Positions 21,015-29,486 of a DNA stretch of 64,000 nucleotides are shown here, piece after piece. The position numbers and the translations under genes are program-made. Within the stretch, counting starts at the first letter, position 1. Each line of letters begins with the position of its first letter. Source of the DNA: Planctomycetota bacterium (GTDB lineage Bacteria > Planctomycetota > UBA8108 > SXIK01); NCBI GenBank assembly GCA_965223265.1, contig OZ244999.1:5120001-5184000 (forward strand), written 5' to 3'. The notes under the pieces are model-generated. The model saw nothing but the letters and a program-made list of their open reading frames with translations, had not been told where the DNA came from and did not search any database.

Positions 21015-21806
21015 TCAGGGCAGATGGAACTCGGGGGCGGTGTCGTTGACGAGCGCCTCGGAGATCTTCTGGACGTTCTTGCTCGCGGCCTGAATGAGGC
21101 AGGCGGTGGCGATGTTGTTGATGCGCCGCGGCACGCCGCTTGAGTAGTCGTGGATGAGCGACTTCGCTTCAGGCTCGAAGACTTTCTGCGAGGCGCCGGC
21201 TGCGCGCATCTGAAAGTCGATGTACTCGACCGTCTGCTCCTTGCTGAGCGGCGGCACGTGGTAGCGCACGCTGAGCCGATGCGTGAGATCGGCGTGGCGC
21301 GCTCGGGTAAGCTCCTTTCTCAGGGTCTCTTGTCCGCTGAGGAGGATCTTCAATGGCGGGCCGTCCTCGAGTCCGGAGCTGACCAGAAGTCTCAGATCGG
21401 TGAGCGACTCCGAAGGAAGCAGGTGCGCTTCATCGATGACGAGGATTGTCGTGTGCTCGTTCGCCCCGACGCGATCCAGGATCTGGAGGAAGAGCCGCTC
21501 CTTGCCACGGCGGGGCTGCTCGCCGAGGCTGGAAACCAGGAGCTTCAGAATGCCGTTTGCCCCGACGTAGGTCAGCGAGAGATAGATCGGGTCGTAGAGG
21601 TTGCGGCTCAGCGAGCGCACGAAGAGCTTCACCAGAGACGACTTCCCCACCCCGGTGAGTCCGGTCACCAGGCCGATCGAGCCCGACTTGGCGAGGTACT
21701 CCAGTCGAGCGAGTCCCTGGGTGATGCGCTCGTCGGAAAGAATCTGCTCGACGGGCGCGCGCTCGAGAAAGGGCTGCGTCGTCATCTTGAAATGGGTGGT
21801 GAACAT
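21015..21806 (-). CDS. ExeA/TnsC-like AAA+ ATPase
   Basis: MFTTHFKMTTQPF, Walker A GLTGVGKS, Walker B LVIDEAH, ILLSGQ, GVPRRINN; TGATG coupling to the transposase. Confidence 0.92.
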   Translation of the reverse strand: MFTTHFKMTTQPFLERAPVEQILSDERITQGLARLEYLAKSGSIGLVTGLTGVGKSSLVKLFVRSLSRNLYDPIYLSLTYVGANGILKLLVSSLGEQPRRGKERLFLQILDRVGANEHTTILVIDEAHLLPSESLTDLRLLVSSGLEDGPPLKILLSGQETLRKELTRARHADLTHRLSVRYHVPPLSKEQTVEYIDFQMRAAGASQKVFEPEAKSLIHDYSSGVPRRINNIATACLIQAASKNVQKISEALVNDTAPEFHLP

Positions 21807-23368
21807 CAGTCCTCCTTTCTGCCTGCGAGTCGTTGAAGCTCGTAGGCGATGTAGGGAATGGATTTCTCCGGAGCCTTCTCGAAGGCCCTCAGCAAGAGGA
21901 CTTCGGTGAGGCTGGGAGTACGGTTGTAGAACTTCTTGAGTTCCTCGAGCTCCTCGGCGGTGAAGCTCGAGAGGGCGCCCTTGCGCCCCATGAGCCGGCC
22001 GAGAAGGCATGCGAAGTCGGTGAAGGGCCACTGGCGAGAGGCGATGACACGACGGTAGTCGATCCCCTGGGCGCGCTTCTTGAGCTCCTCGTCGTGCTCA
22101 CGGCGAAGAAGCTCCAGATAGTTGTGCTTCGCTTTGGCGGGAGGGGCGGGAGCACCGGCGTCCTCGCCCTCTTCGCGCTCGTGAAGGACGCCCTTTCCGA
22201 GGTACTCTTCGTTGCTGGAGTAGATGAGAACCGTGTCGGGCGCGGAGAAGGGATCGTAGCGGACTTCGACCTTGTCACCGCGCAGACTCTTGTCGACGCG
22301 ATAGAAGCGGCGATCGAGCTGGACGTCGGAGAAGTCCGGGTGAACGCGCCGCGTCTCGCGGCACATGAAGAACTCGGTGACGCGCTGAATGTCGACGTGT
22401 CGGATAGGCCGTTTGAGGCCGGCCTCGGCTCGTGCCTCGGGTGTTTCGCCGGTCTCGGTGTTGACCTGGCGGTGGTAGGCCACGGTCTTCCAGGAATCGA
22501 AGCTTCCGTTGAGCGAGTCGAGAGTGAGGATCTCGCCGGCTCTGACCTCGGCCTCGAACTGGCCCTGTATCGTCTCGATGAGTCGTTCGACGAGACCACC
22601 CGGTGGCGGATCGCCCTTGCCGCGATGGATGAGCCGGGTGACAACGGCAAGGCATGCCGCCTTGAGCGCTTTGGAGATATAGACCTTCGCCTGATCGACA
22701 TAGAGCTCGTCCGAAGCACCGTGCTTGGCCCACGCCCGCAGCAAGCAGTCGATCAAGACCTCGAGATTTTGCCGAAGGTAGTAGCGCCCCTCGACGAGCG
22801 AGCGGCTGTAGCAGTCGATGAGAACACAGAGGAAGGTGGGGACGACTTCGCCGTCGTGCAGCACGTAGGGTCCATCGGCGAAGTCGCCGACCCAGAGGGC
22901 ATGGGTGGAGTCACGAGTCCAGCGTTTCCGGACTTTCCTCCTCTCGACACCGAGCTTCAGCCGCGTCGCGCCGGCGATCTTGAGGTAGCGGAAGAGGGTC
23001 GAACGCGGAATGGTCTTTCCGTGCTGAGCCTGGAGGAACTTGTTGATGGCGAAGTGGGAGCGCAGTGGCTGATCACGCTTCAGCTCGACGGCTTTCTCGA
23101 CGAGCTCTTTGCCGTGGGCACGCGGTTTCCCGCGATCGCTTCGCGGCCTGCGGGCAAGACCCTCGAAGCCCTCCTCGCGATAGATGCGAAGCTTCCGCCT
23201 CAGGGTCGAAAGAGCCGGCTTGCGTCGCGATCCGTCGGGAAAGATGCGCTCTTCTTTGGCGAGCTCGCGGAGAAATCGCGCGGCTTCCTCCTCCGGCACC
23301 TCGCCGATGACGACGGGCTGGAGAAGAGCCGCCCAGAAGATAGCCCAATCGAGATCTTTCGCTTTCAT
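21806..23368 (-). CDS. DDE (rve) transposase with Mu-like C-terminal domain, 520 aa
   Basis: HTH STLRRKLRIYREEGFEGLARRPRSDRG; LWVGD, LYVDQ, LVERL catalytic triad; VEVRYDP C-terminal barrel. Confidence 0.93.
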   Translation of the reverse strand: MKAKDLDWAIFWAALLQPVVIGEVPEEEAARFLRELAKEERIFPDGSRRKPALSTLRRKLRIYREEGFEGLARRPRSDRGKPRAHGKELVEKAVELKRDQPLRSHFAINKFLQAQHGKTIPRSTLFRYLKIAGATRLKLGVERRKVRKRWTRDSTHALWVGDFADGPYVLHDGEVVPTFLCVLIDCYSRSLVEGRYYLRQNLEVLIDCLLRAWAKHGASDELYVDQAKVYISKALKAACLAVVTRLIHRGKGDPPPGGLVERLIETIQGQFEAEVRAGEILTLDSLNGSFDSWKTVAYHRQVNTETGETPEARAEAGLKRPIRHVDIQRVTEFFMCRETRRVHPDFSDVQLDRRFYRVDKSLRGDKVEVRYDPFSAPDTVLIYSSNEEYLGKGVLHEREEGEDAGAPAPPAKAKHNYLELLRREHDEELKKRAQGIDYRRVIASRQWPFTDFACLLGRLMGRKGALSSFTAEELEELKKFYNRTPSLTEVLLLRAFEKAPEKSIPYIAYELQRLAGRKED

Positions 23369-23408
23369 GATCACACCTCGCATGGGGCGAGCGAGGCGTG
23401 ATTCTCGC

Positions 23409-24077
23409 TCACGCCCAGGCTGCGGAGGTTGCCAAGTCGGGGAAGATCGATCGGCCGAAGAGGGAACGGAACACCTGGTCGATCGAGAGAGCTCGAAGTG
23501 CCGCGACGAGAGTGTCCCGCCGTGATTCGCTTCGGTACTTGGCTGGACGGACGGCGAAGACCTTGCGGAAGATGTCGGACCTCGCCGAGCGCTCTCGGAT
23601 GAGGCGGAGAGCCTCCAGGAGCGTGGCGTTGAGAGAGCGAAAGAACGAAAGCCAACGATGAAGTGTTGAGTGCGCGAGGCTGCGCTCGTCGATCGCTCCC
23701 CTGTCGTCACCCTCGTGGAAGACGGGCATGTGTTCGACCTTGACGGCTTCGCGATACGAAAGCTCGTCGATCTGGAGGTAGCGCCGAGCGTGATCGAAAA
23801 CGCAGTCGCGAACGTAGCGTTTCCCCGGCAGCGCGAAGGGCGGGTAGAGCGTGAAGGAGCGCTTACACAGAGGACACTTCCAGCGACTCAGAAGCGACAG
23901 GACAGGTTCGACCAGACGCCTGACGATAACGAGGAACACGCGCTCTCGGTGACCGCGGTAGCGGAACCGATCTGGCTCCCCGCTGCAATTCGGGCAGCGG
24001 TTACAGGTCGGCTGGATCTCACGGCGGCGAACAGCTTCGCCATAGCTCTGTATCGCGTTGACCAAATGGGGTAGCAT
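23409..24077 (-). CDS. DUF6431-like Zn-ribbon + HTH protein
   Basis: CPNC...RWKCPLCKRSFTLYPPFALPGKRY...LSYREA...HSTLHRWL; first gene of the element. Confidence 0.78.
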   Translation of the reverse strand: MLPHLVNAIQSYGEAVRRREIQPTCNRCPNCSGEPDRFRYRGHRERVFLVIVRRLVEPVLSLLSRWKCPLCKRSFTLYPPFALPGKRYVRDCVFDHARRYLQIDELSYREAVKVEHMPVFHEGDDRGAIDERSLAHSTLHRWLSFFRSLNATLLEALRLIRERSARSDIFRKVFAVRPAKYRSESRRDTLVAALRALSIDQVFRSLFGRSIFPDLATSAAWA

Positions 24078-24318
24078 CGCTCTCTCCGTACGGGGACTTG
24101 CGGAGAGAAGTGCACCAACACCGGTCTCTCCGCTCCCCTCTTTACTCGAGGTGAGGCGAGGAGTCGAGCGAAGGTCCAGGGCGCAGCGTCGAACGGGGGG
24201 CGCGGGGTAGGCGGGGTATGATCGGACGGTCGGTTCGGCGGGGTATGCCGGGGCGTTTCCGGGTCAGTGAATCTGAGACTCGTCGCTGCTCACGAGCCAG
24301 AGTTTGTGGGACTCAGCA

Positions 24319-24770
24319 CCAAACCTCTTCTCCCACATTACCTCCCCGACTTCGTCCACGCGAAGAAGGTAAGCTTGTGACCCAGTAGTGCCGCTCCCGT
24401 CCAACCCGAAAGGTGCACTTCCCCCTGATGCCCCCGAAACCACGAACCCGCCCTGATTGGAGGCGACCTGCCGAACGCTCAACGCTTCGTCATATCTCTC
24501 CCCGCCGTAGGAACGCTCCCACATCACTCGTCCGAACTCATCCAATCTCGCCAGATACGCATCTGCTCCTAAAGGGTGGTCGATTCGAACGATTGAACCG
24601 GCAATGATTGAACCTGAGTGCGCCCGATCCACCGATAGCGCTCGGTCATGATTGTCGCCGCCAAAAAACGTCTCCCAGCCCACCTGCGTCTCGAATCCAA
24701 AAATGCCGCGATCAGCCGGCGAAAGGACAGCCCAAGCTACCAGACCAACAATCCGTGTGAACACACTCAT
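24319..24770 (-). pseudogene. N-terminal part of the interrupted beta-propeller/dockerin gene
   Basis: Signal-like MSVFTRIVGLVAWAVL; the same GxVMWExxYGG repeats as 19245-20253. Confidence 0.85.
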
Positions 24771-24883
24771 GACTTCATTGACCAAAAGTGCACCCGATAT
24801 CCTCCTCTGCCCCCGCGGGTCACGTGGCGTCCAAGAGGCACCTGGACGTGCCCCGAGATCCGACGCCGCCGAACACGACTCTT

Positions 24884-25306
24884 TCACTGCGCGTCGGCTC
24901 GAGCTTCGAGTTCGAGCGCGTAGTTTCCTGGCTCGAAGGCCCGCGGGAGCCTCAAGCGCTCACCATTTTCGCGCAGTGTCACTCCCGAGAGCCCGCGAGT
25001 GTCGAATTGAATCGCCTGCTGCACGTCGAGAGTCAACTTCATTTGCAGCTTGCTCTCAACCCACGTGGCAACACCCTGAATCGACGCAATGACCTGACCG
25101 TCGAACGACTTCGCCTGAAACTGCACTGTGGTCTTGCCGTCGACGTCGCTGAGAGTGATGTTCGGCTGTCCGTTGCCCTCGTAGTCGATGGAGACTTTTC
25201 CGGGCCCCTGAGCGGAAATGACAGCTCTCGGAGCCGCCGAGACGAAACGGTAACATCCCGCGGGGAGTGCGATCGCTAGGAGAAGAACGAATGCCTGGGG
25301 TTTCAT
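24884..25306 (-). CDS. Hypothetical lipoprotein
   Basis: MKPQAFVLLLAIALPAGC lipobox-type signal, AAAGG RBS. Confidence 0.65.
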   Translation of the reverse strand: MKPQAFVLLLAIALPAGCYRFVSAAPRAVISAQGPGKVSIDYEGNGQPNITLSDVDGKTTVQFQAKSFDGQVIASIQGVATWVESKLQMKLTLDVQQAIQFDTRGLSGVTLRENGERLRLPRAFEPGNYALELEARADAQ

Positions 25307-25560
25307 GATTGCCTTTCTTTAGCTATCGCGAAGATGGGGCGCGAATGCCGAACCACAGATCTGACGAGCGGAGAGCCGGTCGACTTTCTGCGGCGACGGT
25401 ACGAGTCTACGCCACCAGTCAGGATCGAGAAACTCAACTCTTGACGATTGAGCGCCTCTCGCTCGTCGCACGAGTTGGTCAAGGTGCAGACGAACACATG
25501 ACGCATTCGAAGGGTGCGGGCTGCGATTGATTGATGAGCCCCCACCGGCGCTTGGGGCGG

Positions 25561-28143
25561 TCACTCCTGCACTCGCCCGGGAAGCACACCGAGCCCGGTG
25601 CTGTCGAGCACAACAATGTCGCCGAACTCGTCCTCGTTCATTCTTGCGAGGCGAAACACCCACATCCTGCGAGCGTTCGCTGCGTAGTTCTCGGGCTCCC
25701 CGAACGTCCCGTCACCATTGCCACGATAGACGGAGACGAACGACCCTTCGTCGTGGTTCATCAGGAGATCAACAGCGCCATCTTGGTCCACGTCGCTGCT
25801 TCGCACGGACCTGGCCCGATATACAGGCCTCTGGTTCCACTTCTCCACGAAGGTCGCACCCCTCTCGCCAAGATACATCCCGACGACGCCGCCATCGACG
25901 ATCACGACATCCAGGACACCGTCCGCGTCGAAATCGTCAACGCAAAGCGCCTGCGGCGGTGTACCCGATCGAAAGCGGCCTCGATCCACGAAGCGCCCCT
26001 GCTCGTTCAGCACAACTCGATCGCCGACCAGCAATTCGTTCACTCCGTCACCGCTCAGATCCGCGACAACTACAGATTCGGTGCCGCTCAGACCGTCCAT
26101 GGGAAGCGTGATCAGTGTGTCGAACGTTCCACCTGCGGTCCCGAACAGAACTGAAACCGATCCGTGGTGCGAGAGTGCAACATCAGGGAAAGGGTCGGCA
26201 TCAAGCATGCCGACCGCAGCAGCTTCGACCTGAGGCAACGCGTGCCCCGTCTCTATGGGGTCAAAAAAGGTCCCATCACCGTAGCCGAACGCGACGGAAA
26301 CGGATTGTCGATTCGCGACCACCACATCTTCGATACCGTCACGGTCGAAGTCCGCAGTCGCTATCGCAGAAGGCTCGAGCCCGACCGTGATGAGCCCCGC
26401 CATAACCAACACGCCCTCGCCAGTATTGTGCATCAATGTGACTGAACCACGACGAGGACTTGCTGAGCGCGTCAGAACCGCAACGTCATCAAGACCGTCA
26501 TGGTCGAAATCGGCAACCGTCATACGATCACCCCCCGGCGAAGGTATGGACATCGTGACGCCAGGATCAAAGACTCCCGGCGCCCCCATTCCGTATCGAA
26601 TCTCCAAGCCGGAACTTCCGGAGCAGAGCAGATCAAGCATGCCGTCCGCGTCGAGATCGACGATGGTCTCCCGATAACACGTTCCGCCAGAACTCACACC
26701 CACCACTGCACCGTCGTTACGTTCGGGGCGGTTAAGAATCGACACAACGCCGTCACGATCTCGCCACACGCCAGCAGCGAGCAAATCTTGAACACCGTCG
26801 GAATTGAGATCGGCTACGGCGATCGGCCGGTCGAACGCGAGAAAACCGTCAATAGCGAACTGGCGAGCCTCCAGGAAAGTACCTGAGCCAGTGCCGAAAG
26901 CGACGAGGACCGGACCTGGTGTGGGTGTCGGTGTGGTATAGACAAGCGTGCCATAGACAAGATCCACATGACCATCGCCATCAATGTCGGCAACCGAAGT
27001 CGCCGCGCCATGTCTTGGACCACCTTGGACGACCTTCACGGGTGAGGCGAACACACCGTTTCCGTTGTTAACGGAGAGCCAGGTGGCCTCCCTCCCCTGG
27101 TCGTCCGAGAGCCGGTCGCCAACGAAGAGATCTGCAAGCCCATCGCGATTGACGTCGGCGACGGTTACGCGGCTCGGACAGCCAAAGCCGTCAAGGAGCA
27201 GCCGCCCGCCGAATGTCCCATCGCCTCGACCGATCGAGACGACAACATGGACAGTAGAGATTGAAGGGTCGCGACACACCGCGACCACGAGGTCTGGAAT
27301 TCCATCGCCGCTGAGGTCTTCGACGACGACATCGACACTCAGTGCGCGGCTACCGAGCGGCAGCGGATCTCCGGCGCTCGTAAAGTTTCCGGCGCCGTCG
27401 TTCAGATAAGACCACGCCTCGTACGGCGACGAACTCAGGCCCACGACGTCCAAATCCCCGTCGAGATCCAAGTCACTCAGTTTGACGTTCGAACCGTTCA
27501 TCCTGACGCTGAAATCGATCGGCTGAGAGAGTTCGAGCGGCTTCCACGCGAACTCTCTTCCGCCAAGGTTTTCGAGCATGCGAAGACTAGGGCGAAGTGT
27601 GTGACGGTCGATCACCGCCATCGCGACGTCGATGTCGCCGTCGCCATCGACGTCGCCAACGTTGAACTCGCGTGTTGTCGGATCAAACTGGTCGGTGGGA
27701 AGATAGTTCGGCACTCCAAACAGCTCCTGGAAGCCCAAAACTCCGCAGCCGTCTCCCGGCGGACGGTAAGACGCGCAGTCGAGATCATCGGGCGTCGGGT
27801 CTCGGCCGCAGGTGTCAGGACCAGGCGCCGGCGGCGCGTCGCCGGAGCGAAAGAGGTGCAGGATCACAAAAATGGCGTCGGAAACGTCCACTTCACCGCC
27901 ATCGTTGATGTCCCCGGCATCCTGGCACGGCAATTCACCGCCGCCGCGAAAGAGAGAGTTGACGATCGCAAGTGCATCGCTCAGATCGACGACGCCGTCG
28001 ACGTTCGCATCGCCGCGGCGAAAGCGCGCTGACGCTGCCAGCGCCGGCCATGAACTCGCGACGCAAAGCGCCACCACCCCCAAAACCAGCCACGTGCGCC
28101 GGAAAACGATCCACCGGACACTCAACGCGGGGTCTCTTGTCAT
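25561..28143 (-). CDS. Secreted dockerin-like + FG-GAP/VCBS repeat protein
   Basis: Signal peptide, FRRGDANVDGVVDLSD, many DxDxDGxxD repeats. Confidence 0.88.
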   Translation of the reverse strand: MTRDPALSVRWIVFRRTWLVLGVVALCVASSWPALAASARFRRGDANVDGVVDLSDALAIVNSLFRGGGELPCQDAGDINDGGEVDVSDAIFVILHLFRSGDAPPAPGPDTCGRDPTPDDLDCASYRPPGDGCGVLGFQELFGVPNYLPTDQFDPTTREFNVGDVDGDGDIDVAMAVIDRHTLRPSLRMLENLGGREFAWKPLELSQPIDFSVRMNGSNVKLSDLDLDGDLDVVGLSSSPYEAWSYLNDGAGNFTSAGDPLPLGSRALSVDVVVEDLSGDGIPDLVVAVCRDPSISTVHVVVSIGRGDGTFGGRLLLDGFGCPSRVTVADVNRDGLADLFVGDRLSDDQGREATWLSVNNGNGVFASPVKVVQGGPRHGAATSVADIDGDGHVDLVYGTLVYTTPTPTPGPVLVAFGTGSGTFLEARQFAIDGFLAFDRPIAVADLNSDGVQDLLAAGVWRDRDGVVSILNRPERNDGAVVGVSSGGTCYRETIVDLDADGMLDLLCSGSSGLEIRYGMGAPGVFDPGVTMSIPSPGGDRMTVADFDHDGLDDVAVLTRSASPRRGSVTLMHNTGEGVLVMAGLITVGLEPSAIATADFDRDGIEDVVVANRQSVSVAFGYGDGTFFDPIETGHALPQVEAAAVGMLDADPFPDVALSHHGSVSVLFGTAGGTFDTLITLPMDGLSGTESVVVADLSGDGVNELLVGDRVVLNEQGRFVDRGRFRSGTPPQALCVDDFDADGVLDVVIVDGGVVGMYLGERGATFVEKWNQRPVYRARSVRSSDVDQDGAVDLLMNHDEGSFVSVYRGNGDGTFGEPENYAANARRMWVFRLARMNEDEFGDIVVLDSTGLGVLPGRVQE

Positions 28144-28568
28144 CGGAGCCTCCCTTCGCTGTAGGGCGTCGGCCCCAGGGACGCGCGTTCGTGCCCGATC
28201 GCGCACCGACGCCAGTGTGTACGTGCATGCGTGCATGACACAGCCCCAGTCCACAGTTCCCGCCGCGCACCCTCAGGTGTGAACGCGTCGCGAGGCATCT
28301 TCGGTCCAGCCCGCTGACGGTGACATCGTCGCCGACGACATCGCTGCCGACGTCAGGAGCGATGTCCGCACGCTCAAGCTCAAGCGCGCCGGGCCGCAGA
28401 ACGTGCCGGAACGGAGATGCTGCCTGGATCGAACAGGCGTCATTGTAGCGCTGATGCGGACAAGAGGCGGCGAGCAAAACGGCAGAAAACGCGTCAACCT
28501 CCGTGCTCTTCTCTCCTCCACGATCGGACCCAGGCAGACGGAGTTGTGCAACCGCTGGCCAAACCGAA

Positions 28569-28920
28569 TCACTCTCTGATTCGAATCCGACTCTCGTCGA
28601 CAACCCAAAGCTTACCTGCTGGATCTTCGTTAGCTAGCGTGGCGACGAGACGCTTCAAGATGCCCAGAACGTGAGCGTTGTCCTGACGGCGGAGACGCAG
28701 AACGATGATCCCCATGTGATTTCCCGGAGGATAGCTCCGAAGTCTCTGAAGTCCGTATCCAACGACACCAGAACGCGGCCTTCCTGCTCGCAGACTGCCG
28801 CGATGTCACCGTCCGAAAATCCCCCATCGCCTGGTCGATGACTGTGACTGCGTCGTGCCCGCTATCGCGCAGGATTCCCGCGGCACCTGAGGGTAGGTTT
28901 TCGTCGACTTTGAATCGCAT
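28569..28920 (-). pseudogene. DUF5615 PIN-like toxin with two single-base frameshifts
   Basis: MRFKVDENLP start; the PIN-like continuation SDGDIAAVCEQEGRVLVSLDTDF and then YPPGNHMGIIVLRL...RIRIRE* lie in shifted frames. Confidence 0.8.
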
Positions 28921-28936
28921 CCGCCGCCCTGCAGAA

Positions 28937-29176
<240 letters not shown>

Positions 29177-29486
29177 TCAACCGGTTTTGGGCCTTGTGAG
29201 TATATCATAAGGGTCGCCCAAGAGAGGTCCGCGATTTCGCGACGGGTCGTCTCCGATTCTAACCGCTCACTGTGATCGAAAGCGCCCCTGAGCTCCCCCG
29301 AGCCGAGCTTCGTTGACGCACTAAGACTCCGAACATCCATGTTTCCCCTCCATGAGAAATCGAGAACAGCGTGCCAGAGACAGCTGTGATCTCTCTTCAA
29401 GGGACAGACACATTGGCCGTCTCAAATGCCGCTCCAACCGGATCCCCCTCACAAGAACCATTTCGGCACTCAATCAACGTACGTCG

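Larger units (their letters stand above)
20254..24318 (-). mobile_element. 4,065-bp five-gene DDE transposon with TIRs and 6-bp TSD (CCAAAC)
   Basis: Left end TGCTAAGTCCCACA, right end (reverse complement) TGCTGAGTCCCACA; CCAAAC at 20248-20253 and 24319-24324. Confidence 0.93.

Noticed and set aside
20254-24318. CAST/Tn7 element or type II secretion ExeA locus
   Set aside because: No TnsA, recognisable TniQ, Cas or array; the TSD is 6 bp rather than 5; the ATPase lies inside the TIRs with no T2SS genes.
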